Below are positions 37,750 through 51,425 of a stretch of DNA of 64,000 bases, in pieces (the stretch's first letter is position 1; every line of letters starts with the position of its first letter). The DNA is from Patellaria atrata CBS 101060 (taxonomy: Eukaryota): assembly GCA_010093705.1 (NCBI GenBank), contig MU006095.1, positions 620,001 to 684,000 of the forward strand, given 5' to 3'. The position numbers and the translations under genes are program-made. Under the pieces are notes generated by a model. It saw nothing but the letters and a program-made list of their open reading frames with translations, did not search any database and was not told where the DNA came from.

Positions 37750-38343
37750 ATGGGCATCACCGGAGTGCCCGTCTCCGCCTGGATCCCCTTATAACCCCTC
37801 ATCTTCATTAGTTCTGAACAAAATTTGCCGCTGCAAAACCGCTATGGACTCCCTCGACAGCTTTCAATTCCACTATTTCGGTTGCATCGAGAACGCTTCC
37901 ATAATATACGTAATTGGTGAATGGAACTCTCTCGCCTCTCACCATGACTTTCTCAAATCTTCACAGATGCAAGAACTGGGTGACTTACTCAAGGGCGTTA
38001 TGTCCATGGATTTCATGTTTCATCTTCCATTGTCACAGTCAGATCTCATGCTCTCTGCGCCGGCGATATCTCTTGGGAGGTACTTCATCAAATCAGGCGA
38101 ATATCAAAGGGATAGTTTTGTTCAAAGCATTTTCTACAGGAGTATGATACCACAGGCAAGGTTACAGGCGGGTGGAGGGTTGATAGGAATGTAGTGAAGG
38201 AGGAATTTGTATTATTCGCACCGTAGGAAACCGTGGAGCAGCGTCTTCGATTTCGGAAAACGGAGGAATGAGCCACGTTTAAAATGATTGAGGAATACAC
38301 GGAAGATGTAGATATTAAACACTTGAAGAAAATTGACTTGTAA
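37750..38343 (+). pseudogene. Dimeric alpha-beta barrel (ABM-like) fungal protein, disrupted
   Basis: 'FHYFGCIENASIIYVIGEWNSLASHHDF' and, in another frame, 'GGWRVD...EEFVLFAP*ETVEQ...EE*...DIKHLKKIDL*'. Frameshifts and internal stops are present. Confidence 0.6.
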
Positions 38344-38682
38344 TACGGTCTGGAATCGTTCCGTAGACGTGGAACTCATATGACAATATTATTTAATGTA
38401 GGTCGTCTGAGCAATTTGTACTGCGTATGTGAATCGGTGTCCTGAATCGATTGAGTGAGTTCCCCTCTGACCTAGGAATAAACTGTACAGCAGACAGCCA
38501 AAAGCCATATCGAGACGGTTCGTACGGGAATATTGTAGCACGGCTGTTCCTTGTCGGGACGCATCTTGTTTGCTGCGCGCTGTATTTGAATTTAAATAGT
38601 TCCCTTGCTAGAAGTTGTAGAATATCTACAGAGCTCGGAATATCTGGAATGAGTATGAGATACTGTCGATAGGGCCATTCAG

Positions 38683-39723
38683 CTAACTAAGCGGCCTCTG
38701 AAGTACCAACCCGCTCCCTTTATTCAATTCCTTACCCACCAATATATTCAACCACGTACCCAGTCTTAACGCCGCTTTGCTAATCTGGAGCTCGACTATA
38801 GGATACGCACCTTTTGCGTAGCCGGATTCAAGAAGGTCGGTATTATTGTAAGCATATTTATAAACGTAGCGGCATGTCCATGTATTGGAGTCGCGTGCCC
38901 ATGCTAACGCACATTGCTGAGGGGTGTTTGGATTTGTACAGGACAGCCATTCACTGGTAGGTACAGAAAAGGAATCTTTATTGATACGATCGACAAGATT
39001 GATCATGAAAGGGTGTATAGACGCGTTTGGGAAGACAGTTACACCTGCATCTGCGTAGATAATCTCACCGTCCCATACCTATATCAAATCAGTATCGGGC
39101 AGACATATTATCACAATCCCCTTGACTTACGGCATGTAATTCCGTTCGTTTCCCCCCAAATGTAACATTGAAAAGATTACCACCATTCCCGAGGCCAGAT
39201 GAATGGAGGGGTTGCGCAATATCTCCCACGAAATGGGTTACCCATTTCAAAGCATTTGAACAGGTCATGTTCGATCCCCCTGACAATAATCCGTTCTTGA
39301 CATTGTCTATACAGCCCCTTAGGATCTCGGTTTGGTTGGCTATCGCTGAAACGATGCAACCTCCTTTAGCACAGTCGTATTTATAATCTACATGGCAGTA
39401 CGTCGGAGGCTAAATCAGTCTGGTTAGCGCTGCTTGATTCAGCTTGAAAACGTACGCACGTTATCGTGGGCATCAATCCAATGCCATTGATACGAATAGC
39501 GACCCTCCTTTGTATGTGCGTATGCATCAGCCCAAGCTGCAGCTAGACCGATGGACTTGTTGTACTGCGACTCTAAGATCTCTCCAAGTATATCTGACGT
39601 GTAGGATGTGAGGAAATTCTCGGCCATGTATCCGATTTGTTGATGAACGTCGGTGTTCCATGCTGCGATGGGTGAAAAAGCGAATGCTAGAACTTCCAGA
39701 GCGACAAAATATCGTGTATACAT
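38683..39723 (-). CDS. S1/P1 nuclease, secreted, 3 exons
   Basis: Signal peptide then 'WNTDVHQQIG', 'AAWAD', 'WHWID', 'ALKWVTHFVGDIAQPLH', 'GGN', 'LHAVWD', 'QISKAALRL..WLN'. Confidence 0.92.
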
Positions 39724-42383
39724 CCTGCATAGAACTTGGTGTGGTCTGGTGAGTTGCCTCGTCGTATTGCTCGTCTACTTCATTGTTCACAGCTTAGGAC
39801 TGGAAGATTTGGTTGAGAGCTATCCATATGATAGATGACGTTCCTCAGAGGTAGGGAAAAAGTTATGACCGGATCAAAAGCGTCTTTCAATTATTCATAG
39901 TTTTTATAAAATGCTCGTTATGTATATTCTGATCGGATGGGAGATTCATTCTGATGTTTACATCCGTGCGCGTCTAGGCGGAAATATCCAATAATAGAAC
40001 TAGGGCCAGGGAAAGCTTGTTTCATCTGTCCTCTGGACAGTATCATGAGACTTGTATGAACTACATTCACTAGAAGAAGTTCACGGAAGCCAGTTTATCA
40101 AGGAGTCTAAACTGGCAGACACACTTCGGGTTCTCTACACAAATCTAACAGTAAGACATGATCCGAACTTGGAAATCCGATATAAAGACATAGCTCCGTA
40201 CTAATTTTGGCGTACCATTATCACAGCGCTGCAGGAAACTAGAGGTACTCTCTAGAGTGCGCTGAACTCACCATATTTCCACTCTATGAGGTATTTTAAG
40301 ATAGTTCCTTCAATAAATGTATTAGGAACGTCGAATCCCTGCAAACTGTCTTTCCTATGCACATAATAAGTACTGTTCCAGTTACCATGTTTCCACATTG
40401 TTTGTACATTCCCTATTGGCACAAAGATATAGCGAGTCACTCATCTGTGATGATATTGACATGAAAGCTGGCCGTAATTCCTGCGCCCTCATTCCTGATA
40501 AGGTCCAGTTCCATGACAACAGCATCTTCCGGGACAGCAAAATAAGGTAATCGCTTGTTGCAAGGCCGGCGCAAGACTCCTTGCATCAAATCGTGCAATC
40601 ATGCTTCACTTTCGTCAAGAGGCGAGTCACAATCCGTAGTGAAAAGGAGGACGTGAATTGTGCTATAATGTCCATTTCCGCCTTATTCTAAGCCTGACCG
40701 ACGTTTTGAATGACTGATAGATCCATACTGTCAGTATGTCTATCAGTCTATATCGAGTGGTAGATATCTCTCCAATCACTCGTCTGGCAGAAATCGTGTC
40801 CTACTCGCGACACCTACCACATCTCAACCGCTATGCGGAACCGCACAAGAAGAGCACCGGACAGAGATTGAATTGACCTCGAATATCATTTTCGCTCTAT
40901 AGCCTAATATTAACGAGGCATCGGGTGGGTAGAAAAGTTGGGACACCTTCATACGGCGAAGTTTAATAACGGCTCTGCGTAGCTATTCCCCTATCATTGC
41001 AAAATCCAATAATGCTGGTAGTTCAAGTAGAAATAGAGGAACCAGTGAGATGGACTGAAAATATATCCCGAATATAGAAGAAGAGTTTCGCAGAGAGAAT
41101 CGTCTTCGACCGAGAGAAATGAGCAAAATTCTTGATATAATCTCACCAATCAAAAGGCAAAGTTTAAATATCCTAATAAGTAATCCATTTAGAACTAGTA
41201 GATATCGAACTAGGTTGTCGTTACACTTAACATTTATACGTGATATGTCAATTGCAGCCCAACTACCTAAAGAACCTTAGACCAAGGGTACTATAACAAA
41301 AGACACCTGACGGGATGCGCTGATGTTTTACTGTAGCCTTGGAGTGAGTACCTTAGTAACCAAAGCAGTGCACCGTACAGTACGTGTACTCTAGACGTAC
41401 TGAGTACCTTACTGGACAGTACAACCAGAAGCTCCCCGATGTCAGCTTACGCCATGCTAAAGGTTCATCCCCCGTATTGCCCCTCACTTATTCTCTCTTC
41501 CCCGCAGGTCAGACAGTTATTCGGTGCGTTTATTCATCTTATACCTTGTCGTCAATTCATAATCGCAGCAAGTCGGAACGTTGGTGAAGGCATGGGTGAG
41601 GATGAGGGTGTGGGTGCTGGTATAGCTCGCAATCATGCCGCCGTTTAAGCAGACGAAGAACAGAGATAAGCGCTCGCTTTTTCATGCTTAGAGTAGTTCT
41701 ATCCCAAGAACCATTGCCGCGAGATGCTTATCACCTGGTGTAGGGAGTATGATAGAAAGGGAGTTCGATAGATAAATAGAAACCGATTGGCAAAACCCCT
41801 GAATCGAATCAATCATCGTTTATTATTAGGGTTCTTGGTTGGCAGTTAGTTTTGACGAGTGAGAAGTCTGGGCGAAGTAATGTGGACGATCAATCAATCG
41901 GGAACCCCCCCGAGCCTTGGAGTGCAACCCCCAAAAACCGTCCTCCGAAATCCTCCCTCCTTATTATGAGCCTTCAATCAATCCTCCACAAAACGTCTAT
42001 CTGACATCTAGCCACGAACACAGGTCCTAAGGCCACTACACTCGCTTCATACTTCATACACCAATTCTGACATTCTGCACTTCTTCACTTCTTCTCTAAA
42101 GTGCTATCGGCCCTTGTATCGTTTCGCACTTCCTTCCATTATTTTAATCTTATCTGTTCCGCGTCTTCCTCACCAGTCACCACTCCGTAAAACGTCCCCG
42201 ACCACCCTAGAAGAAATCCTCCTTGGCTTGTGTCGCGGATCTTCTCGACTTACTGCACTCCCTAACGTCAAATTCGACCTTCATCCTACTATACCCTGAC
42301 AGCGGCGATCCTCCTGTTCTCTTGCGTTCTCCCGCAGCACTTCTACCTTCTCTCCCTTCTATCTTCGCACACGACGCGTCAAG

Positions 42384-44715
42384 ATGCATGGCGACGTGCG
42401 GTTCTTTTCGCTTCTCAGCTTCTTGTCCTTCATCTCGTTATCGCAAGCATTCTATATCCCAGGTAAGCAAAACTCAGCCCTGTCAACGTACTAGAAAGAG
42501 TTCCGGTCTGATTGTGCCTTTAGGATGGTCTATCAAGAGTTATAGTGACGGTGAAGCAATACCACTGTTCTGGAACAAGGTCTACTCAGACAAGACCCAG
42601 CTACAGTATGCCTACTCAGAATTGCCTTTTATATGCCCTCCCAGCGGCCGGAAGAATCCTGGAACTAAGCTAGTCAGTGGTAGCAAGATCTCTCTGAGCC
42701 TCGGCGAAGTATTACGTGGGGATAGGATAATGGTTTCGGATTATGAGCTTACCATGGGAAATGATGAAGAAGCTCGATACCTGTGTAGCCACAAGATTGA
42801 CCGTCCAGCGATGAGGAAAGCACAAGCTATGATCAGAGACGGTTATGTGGCTGAATGGATTGTAGACAATCTGCCAGGGGCCACAAAGTACGTTACTACA
42901 GACAAGTCACGAATGTATTATGCTTCAGGCTTCAAATTGGGCCATGAGGATTACTCTCCAGACACTGGGAAGTCGACGTACTACATTCACAACCACGTTG
43001 ACATTATGATCCGCTATCATAGAGCACCTGGGAGGGATGGAGATAGGGGTAAAAAGGTTATTGTCGGTTTCGAGATATACACCAAGAGTCTGAGTGCTGC
43101 CGGTAGGAACGAAACGGGTCTTCCAGCGGATACAGGCATAGTTGACGATGGTTTTGAACTTCGGATGACACCGAACGTAACCGGGCCACCTGCCCCGAAA
43201 TATGCTGACTCGTCATACATCCCACCGTTCGAGGAGGAGCCACCAGAAGATGATGATGCCACTTTAACGATTCCTTATACTTATTCCGTATACTTTCGAG
43301 AGGAGGAAAAGGTCGACTGGGCGAATAGATGGGATCTGTATTTCAAGGATTCAGAGGATAACACACACGTTCACTGGCTGGCCATTATCAACTCTCTGAT
43401 TATATCCGGCCTTCTTACTGCCGTTGTTGCTGTGATATTTGCACGGACGATTCGTGGCGAGATCAAAGGCTACAAGGAGACAAGCTTAGAGGATGGCAAG
43501 ATTCGAATCAAGCCTCGAAAATCCGCGAAATTATCAGGCAAGATTCCCGAGAAAGGCGGTGTCCTTGATCCCTTAGGTGATAACGATATTGATGCGGATG
43601 GCTCTTCTGATGAGGAGGGCCTGGAAGATGCCACGGGCTGGAAGCTCCTCCATGGGGACGTATTTAGGCCACCGCCATACGGAGGTCTTTTTGCGCCGAT
43701 AATCGGCTCCGGCACTCAATTACTCTTCATGGCCGTTGGTCTTATCTTCCTTAGCACTGTCGGTATTCTCAATCCCAGCTACAGAGGAGGATATGTCACA
43801 GTTGGATTGATACTGTTCGTCATTGCTGGAGTGTTCTCCGGCTACTATTCCGCACGTGTTTATAAGACGTTTGGGGGACAGCTCTGGCAAAAGAACTTTC
43901 TAGTGGTATGTCCTATACGTTATCGTGCAACTATGATTTATTGACTTGTATAGACCGCCACCCTTGTCCCTGGTATGCTTTTCGCTGCAGTCTTCATCCT
44001 CAATCTATTCTGCTGGGCGCAAGCTTCCAGTAGCGCCATTCCATTCGGCACACTCGTTGCTCTCCTGGCGATGTGGCTCCTCATCCAACTTCCTCTTGTC
44101 TACGTTGGCAGCTGGTTTGGATACAATCGGGTCGGACCCTGGGAGCATCCAATCAAGACTAACACTATCTCTCGTCAAATACCACACCAATCATGGTACA
44201 CGAAGAGCATACAAGCGGTTCTGCTTGCGGGCTTGATTCCATTTGCTGTCATATTCATCGAGCTACTCTTCGTGTTTAAAAGCTTGTGGCAGGACAAGAG
44301 CGGGTACTATTATGTATTCGGATTTTTAGCAGTCGTCAGTGTTATTTTAGCGCTTGTTGTTATCGAGGTCACAATTGTGGCGACTTATATTCAGCTCTGT
44401 TCTGAGGTAAGTAATCGCAAAAATCACTCAAAACCCCCTCCAACCTCAAACCAAAGCTAACGTATATACCCACAGAACTACCACTGGTGGTGGCAATCTT
44501 TCTTTGTCGGTGGAGGCTCTGCCCTTTGGGTCTTCCTCTATTGCTCCTGGTACTACATGACTAGGCTCAACATAACGGGCTTCGTCTCCGGGATGCTTTT
44601 CTTCAGCTATAGCTTCCTAGCCTCGGCCGTATACGGCTTACTAACCGGCACCATCGGTTTTCTGGCTGCATACGCGTTCGTCAGACGGATTTATGGTGCT
44701 ATTAAAGTCGATTGA
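42384..44715 (+). CDS. TMN3: Transmembrane 9 superfamily (nonaspanin, EMP70/TMN3-like), 4 exons
   Basis: Signal peptide ...AFYIPG/WSIKSY, 'SLGEVLRGDRI', 'EWIVDNLPG', 'HWLAIINS', 'GWKLLHGDVFRPP', 'ENYHWWWQSF', C-terminus 'IYGAIKVD*'. Confidence 0.92.
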
Positions 44716-46737
44716 CTTTTTTCTGTTTTTGTGGGAGCAAGGTGCAAAAATGGAGAAATGGGTAAGAGGTGATGTGTTGATACACAAGCGTAAGTCTTTT
44801 GTTTGTTGGGTGAGTGGATGAAATTGGGAGGGATTAATTTAATTGTGGATATGATGATGCTTATAGATATTAGACATGAAATAATCTTTATCTTGATCCT
44901 ATGTCTCTCCTTTGCTACTCTTCTTGCACATGTCTTTTCTAGACATCGAACGCCATAATACCAGGGACTTCGTATGAGGTCAGTCTCCTACCTTGGATGA
45001 ATGAACGAAGAAATAGCAAATCTACGCAACCATGAAGCTCAATAGATGCATTCTTACCTATCTCTTATTGCTTTATCACAGCTGCCTGAGATTAATCAAC
45101 ATTAGAATCTAAAGGGCGCAATGTTACCCTTCGAAACAACAAAAGCCCCTTTGGTTAACCGAAGTCAGCCAAACCGAGGGGCGGATGCAGCTCTTTAGAC
45201 TCGCAACGCTTTCAATCAAAGGCGTGAGAAGAAGTTACTGAAGTATCCGGTATTTCACTTGAACAGATTAAGATAAAAAAAAAAAAACTCCAACAACCCG
45301 AGTCATTCAATGGTAGTATAGGTGAATAGGCGTAGGTAATAGTTTATAATATTCATTTCACTGGTCGGTTTCCTATTAGTCACTTTAGGGGGTACGCATC
45401 TCTGAGCTGTCATTTGTATTATGCGTTTTTGGGGTTTTATCTCGTCCTTCATCCCCCCGAAAAGGCTCCTTACTATTATACTTTATCCTAGAATAGGAGG
45501 GAGAAAGTCAAAGTGGGGGGATAGGGATAGGGATATTTTAGAGAAGGAGAGGATGGTTGAGATGGCCTGAAGTTTGGTGTGAGGAAGATCATATCGGGCT
45601 GTTGGGCTGTTAGGGGTAACAAACTGGCCAAACCGGCCTATACTTTAAGAACAGTTTCGGACTGGTGTTGGAGAGATCAGTGTATGGCATATGGTATTGT
45701 TTTTATATCCGTTTAAACTTTGAGCTCAGCTCATATAACTGCAAACTAAATTGTGGACCAGGTATACAATAAGAGTTAAGCTCTTTTAAAAAGTGAGCGC
45801 TCAAATTAAGAAACGATTTCCTGAGTGGTGGCTCGAAATATCTCTTTTAGTGGGATTTGGGGTACTTTAGGGGATTTGGGTTGCTTAGCTCAGACATAAG
45901 AGCTTATATGCCCCGTGAGGAGTGATTCTGATCCCCTAGATGGATCTAGACCAGCAAACCTCCGTGATAGTAGGATGCTGTAAGTATTTTACCAAACCTT
46001 TTTCTTCTTGCAATATACTAGATGGATAGTCAGCTTATATCAAACACGTCTCAATAGCTGTTCGTCCGAGGAGAACAGTAATATGAATAGGAGATTTCAG
46101 AAAAATGAGAAGATGTATGATTGCTGGTTTTGAAAGCATTGCAATAGAGTCGAAAAATTACTTTAAGGGGAATTCGTCGACTATGCCGCTCTTATGGCCC
46201 CAGCGTGCTCGTCATGTGGGTTTCTTTTGTAGATGATCTGATGTAGATGTGGACTTACGAGATAAATGTTTGATTATTTTACTGTCTGAAAGGACCATTG
46301 GACGTACAATTCTGTAGTACCTAGTATGGACGTTTGCACAAGTACGGTAATATGACTACGTAGTTTGTGCTTTGAAGTTGATAGTTAATACGATAACGTG
46401 ATGGAAAAGTTCCGGATACTCGTAGTACACTAACAGCACAGATTGTTAAGACTTGAGAAAAGAGCCGGAAAGTGATTGTTTCAGAATGGAATAAAAATCG
46501 CAAATTGCGGTCATAGGATGTTTACGAAGAGAATAGCTACTGCGTAAAACTAATCTTATGACGAACTATGGTGCTAAACGGTTGGGATGAAAGTGAGGTT
46601 GTTCCAGAATTCTAAATTTAGCGAGCAAAAGAAGTTAGAGCATTTCGGGAAGTTTGTTGTTGCTTGGCGTTTATTGACAAAAAGCGTTATCTAAGGCCTT
46701 GCGCAAAGAATCGCAGCAACGGCCCACACCACAAAGT

Positions 46738-48608
46738 ATGGATTCATTCAATTTGAAGACCGCGTCTACGTATATCAACAACTTGCTTCTTGCCCGTGGC
46801 CTTCTCAGGAATGGCAAGTCTATCGAATTCGCCCGACCCTCGAAAGGCGACGGCGGCACAGAGGCTACGATGGCTCAAATCATCAATCTCGTCCACGACA
46901 TGATTTTACGTCGCGATGTAAGGCTAATCAGGGATATTTCGGAAATGGAATGCTAATCTTCAATGCCGTCAAAAGCGCGAACAAGATCAGCGCGAATCGC
47001 TCGCCCAAACATTGCGAAGCCTTCGATCGGACGCGACGAAGAGCACGGTCGCATTGGAACGCTTACAAACGCGCAACGAGGATCTCGCACGGCAATTATC
47101 TCTCGCACAATCGCAGGAACGAGCTGCGAGGGCTGCACTACGGACTGCGGAATCTACAGCGCGCAGCTTGAGGGAAGATATGTTGCGACAGAAGACGACC
47201 GTTCAGCAAGTGAGGACGGCTTGCGCGAATGATATCAGGAAGAGGGATGTGCAAATACAAAGACTCAAGTCCCATCTTACAGCACAGCAGAGGGGAAATA
47301 AATCTGGGCTCGTAGGCGCAAGCATAACGATCAACCCTGGATCGAACGGAATGAACGGTCAAGGCATGATTCGTGAAGGTGAAAATAATGGTGTTGACGA
47401 CGTGGGATATAATCTCAAGCAGGAGACTACGGAGTTCCTCACCCAGCTAAGCCAAAGCTTGAGCGACGAGAACGATAATCTCATCGGGCTGGCGAGAAGC
47501 ACCATCATCACTTTGAGAGAGCTACAAGGGATGCCGGAGAATGTACAAAGAGCTGAGATCGTTAATGAGGCCCAAAGCACCGATGAAGAAGGCAATATGA
47601 TTCAAGCTCTGCCTACATCCTACGAAGCGTTGTCTACAGATATGGATAGTGTCTTGGAAAACCTGAAGACGCTCCTCACCAATCCGAACTTTGTATCTAT
47701 GGACGAGGTGGAGGTCCGCGATGAGGAGATTACGAGATTAAGAGAAGGTTGGGTCAAGATGGAGTCCAGATGGGAGGACGCATTGGCTCTGATGGAAGGA
47801 TGGAGGAAGCGGATGATGGATGGGGGTGATACAGTCAATCTCGACGAGTTAAAGATAGGCCTGGGATTAAGCGCAGGACTGGATCGTATCGGAACTGCGA
47901 GTGGCAGATCACAAAGAGTAGACGATGAAGCGGAAGAAGACGATGGTTCTGTTGATGATCTGGAGGCCGCATCAGACGAGGGGTTAAGCCTTGAAGATGA
48001 GCCTCCGTTACCATCACCAGAGAAAGAGATGAAGAAGCACGATTCCAAGGACGATATCTTTAACCTTAAGCTACCAGCGAGTAACCGGGTTCTTCAAGAA
48101 GGAAATGGAAATATTAGATCGCCTCGCAAGGTCGCGTTTCTGAAAATTCAGGAAGGGGGACACCGTAGCGGTTTAGAATCGAACGCATCAGAGATTGATC
48201 TCGTCGCGACGGGGGATGAAGCCTTTCTGGAAAAGGGTTCAAGGTCGCAAATACCTCGTAAAGTACGTTTCGCATTTTCTATCATATACATCAAGAAATT
48301 CGCCTGTAGAAGAGACCGCATCTTTACACAGACCATATGCCAGTATTGACCCATACCAGACACGTAAAAGATCATCCTCGCCGCATTCTCATCCGGATGA
48401 ACGGTCGTCCAAATTGACGGTACAGCAAAAACTCGATATTGCGCAAGCAGAGGCGGAAGTCGCAGCAGTTGCTAAATCGAGGAAAGGGGAGGACGATGCA
48501 GTGAGGCCGACAGGATCTCCCAAGAAGACGAAGATATCTGGACGACCGCGAAGGAGAAAGAGCACATTGAGTCCGGAAGAGCTCGATGGAATGTTAGGTC
48601 TAAGTTAG
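46738..48608 (+). CDS. tinA: ADIP/Msd1-family coiled-coil protein (NIMA-interacting TinA-like), 3 exons
   Basis: 'NLKTASTYINNLLLARGLL', 'IINLVHDMILRRD', long coiled coil, 'CANDIRKRD', 'LKQETTEFLTQL', C-terminal 'RRRKSTLSPEEL'. Confidence 0.75.
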
Positions 48609-49780
48609 AGAAAGACTGAAAGAAAAAAAAAAAATAAAGGAAAGAATCAAGCTGGGGAGACTCAGGTGATGTGCAGCTTGGATAGTCGATGGGGAGTTGC
48701 ATGTATCGAGTGCTTTACGAATAATGATGACTAGCCCCTTTTGCAGGAGGTAGTGGTCAGGAAAAGGTATCGTGAAGTCAGTCCATGAGGGACACAATGT
48801 ATTCGGATGAAACGGCGATACCACTTTCGCAAGGGTCCAATAAGATGGGCATGTCCAATGGATAGCCACGCGAGCGCAGGCGGAATCACATCACGATTCA
48901 CGAATTTACGATTACCGTTGACCGAGATGCGGGTACGCGCCCGAAGGATGGTGCCATGACAAACAAGTTTTGGTGGAGCATAAGATGGAGAAGCTTGGGG
49001 ATGCTGCATCCTTGGGCAACTTGTAGCGTACAGTAGCCGAAATCTTCGAAGCTGCCTAACCGTACGACTTTTGACATTTTCAGCTTTCATCTTTCTCAGT
49101 GCAGTATTGACTTTGTCGTACTCCGTACAAGTTCTCTTATATCATTTCTGTTTATTAAGATCTATGAACGTTAATGCGGTCTCTCGATTGTTTTGTTTCT
49201 GATTGTCAACATTCAAATAGCGCATGAAAGCAAGGCAGTGCTTTCCGGCAGTGGGAGCATCAATATCCCGTCATTCAAGCCTTCCTCTACTATCAGCGAA
49301 TCAATCTCGGACTCTAGGGACGGAGGTTTATGCTACGTGAAGCTTGAAAGGTGAACGTGTACATAGTAAGCGTGGATCCGGGCGTTATTCATCAAGATAG
49401 GGTCAATAAACTAGAAGAGTTAACTTCGTAACCGCCTGGCCTATCGTATGCAAAGTTACTGCAGGTCGTATGCAGATGATCACGATGGGACAGTGCGTAT
49501 TCGAACATATTGAGTACGAGACTACTGAGAGAGACTTCTTGAGAGACAGGACAAAGTGATGCCTTCAGAGGCACAAGACAAGAGGCAAGAAAAGGCGTCC
49601 CATCGTGGAATAATCAAGCCAGTTCTGCAATGTGATTGAATAGCGGGAGCGGGCAATGCATCTTCCATCACCATGAGTTTACCTGTTTACCACTATTTGA
49701 AGATTATTATTGGTAGCACGGATAAACAAGGACGAACAAGGATCTTCCACAAGCGAAGAGGAAACAAGAGCTCCTAAGGA

Positions 49781-49850
49781 CTCTCTCTCTCTCTCGCGCT
49801 CCCTCTCGCTCTCTCTCGCTCTCTCTCGCTCTCTCTCGCACTCTCTCTCA
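49781..49850 (+). repeat. (CT)n-type microsatellite
   Basis: Imperfect CTCTCT/CTCG array. Confidence 0.9.
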
Positions 49851-50582
49851 GGCACATCACCCAATCATCATAACCCCTCCACGCGCCCGTCTGTTCCCTT
49901 GTCTGCGGGCATCTGCACCCATCTGTACTCCACCTTATCCTCCATCCAGTTGTTTATCGATTTCAAGCGCTCAACTCACCCACCATCAGGGGGCACACAC
50001 CCACCACCAGGGGGCACACACCCACCCACATCACCTAAAAGTGACACCCGAGTGAACACCCCACATAATCAATCCCAAAGCTTCCAAGCCTTCAACGCCC
50101 ACTTACGCTTAGTACTCCGTCTTTGTCCAGCATGCAGGGCCCATTATTCCAGCCAGATGCAGAACAGAATGCATCGAACAAGCGGTGCATCTTTGCATCT
50201 TTGCCCTCTCCTCCTCAGCTCCTAGCCTCCGTCCCCGGTGGCCGGTGAGGAGTGGGAAGACATAAAAGACCGCCTGCGCCGCCTCTTCTTCTCCTTTCTC
50301 TCCTCAGCAAGCATCTAAAACATCAAAGAGTTGTCCTATTAGTTTTTTTTTTTTTAACTCCCTTTTTCATTTTTTGTCTCTTTTTCCAAGGCCTGGTGCC
50401 ATTTTTCCTCCCTCTAATCACTATCATTCTAATTCATCGTCGCCGGTCGACAAATCCAAACTAATCAGCTCTTTACTTGCTCGTCAACACTTATCTCAAC
50501 AACACAATTCCAATCTTTGAATAATTCGATTTTTTTTTCTAAAAAAAAAAAAATAATTAAAACTTCCAAAAATCAAATCACA

Positions 50583-51425
50583 ATGGCCGCTATCCAGCTT
50601 AACTTCTCTCTCCGCACTTCCTCCAACTGCAAGACCGTGCACCTTCTCGGTTCGTGGGACAACTACAATGGTCAACTTCCCCTCTCCAAGGATGCTTCCA
50701 AGGCCGGCGCGTGGAAGGGTACCTTCCGCTTCCAGGGCGCAACCCTCAAGCAAGGCCAGCGCTACTGGTACTACGTACGTTTCCATCTTCCATTGTCAAG
50801 CCTCAGAAAACAATCAATTTCCCTTTTTCTAACATTCCCTGAAAAACAGTACATCATCGACGGATACCACGTCTCCCACGACCCAGCCCGCGAGTTCACC
50901 ACCGAGCCAACCACCGGCCGCAACTTGAACATCCTCGACATCCCCGCTGCCAAGTCCACCTCCGCTCCCGTCGCCGCTAAGCGCCAATCCCGCCGTGTCT
51001 CCGCCGAGATCCCCAAGGGCCGCTCTCTCTCCCCATCCCAGATCAAGAGCCCCAAGCCAATCAAGCCCGGTCAAGTCCGCCAGATCGTCGCCGGCGACTA
51101 CGAGCCAGCCACCCTCGAGGCCCTCAACTCCCGCTTCAGCGCCGCCACCCTCGACGACGAGTCCGACTCCGACGAGTCCGACGCCGAGTCTGACGTCCCG
51201 TCCCTCACCTCGCGCGCCTCCTCCGCCGCCTCCTCCGTCTCCTCCACCTCGAGCTGCTGCACCTGCGAGCGCTACGGCATCACCCGCGCCGGCGAGCGCC
51301 TCAAGCTCGACTGCGGCGGCTCCCGCTGCGGCTACTCCGACGACTCTGAGGACTGCTCCTCCGAGGACGAGGAGACCTACGAGGCCCGCACCACCCGCCG
51401 CCAGGGCATCGTCGTCCGCTCATAA
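50583..51425 (+). CDS. esdC: EsdC-like protein with N-terminal AMPK-beta-type glycogen-binding domain, 2 exons
   Basis: 'MAAIQLNFSLRTSSNCKTVHLLGSWDNY..QLPLSKD', 'RYWYY/YIIDGYHVSHDP', Ser-rich region and 'CTCERYGITR.G.R.KLDCGGSRCGY'. Intron 50775-50849. Confidence 0.78.
   Translation: MAAIQLNFSLRTSSNCKTVHLLGSWDNYNGQLPLSKDASKAGAWKGTFRFQGATLKQGQRYWYYVRFHLPLSSLRKQSISLFLTFPEKQYIIDGYHVSHDPAREFTTEPTTGRNLNILDIPAAKSTSAPVAAKRQSRRVSAEIPKGRSLSPSQIKSPKPIKPGQVRQIVAGDYEPATLEALNSRFSAATLDDESDSDESDAESDVPSLTSRASSAASSVSSTSSCCTCERYGITRAGERLKLDCGGSRCGYSDDSEDCSSEDEETYEARTTRRQGIVVRS

Noticed and set aside
40250..40900. Coding-like patches on the minus strand
   Set aside because: Fragmented with no recognisable domain; would need BLASTx.
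29405..48608. Co-occurrence of TinC-like (het-c) and TinA-like genes as a NIMA-interactor cluster
   Set aside because: They are ~14 kb apart with unrelated genes between; the shared naming reflects one interaction screen, not evidence of linkage.
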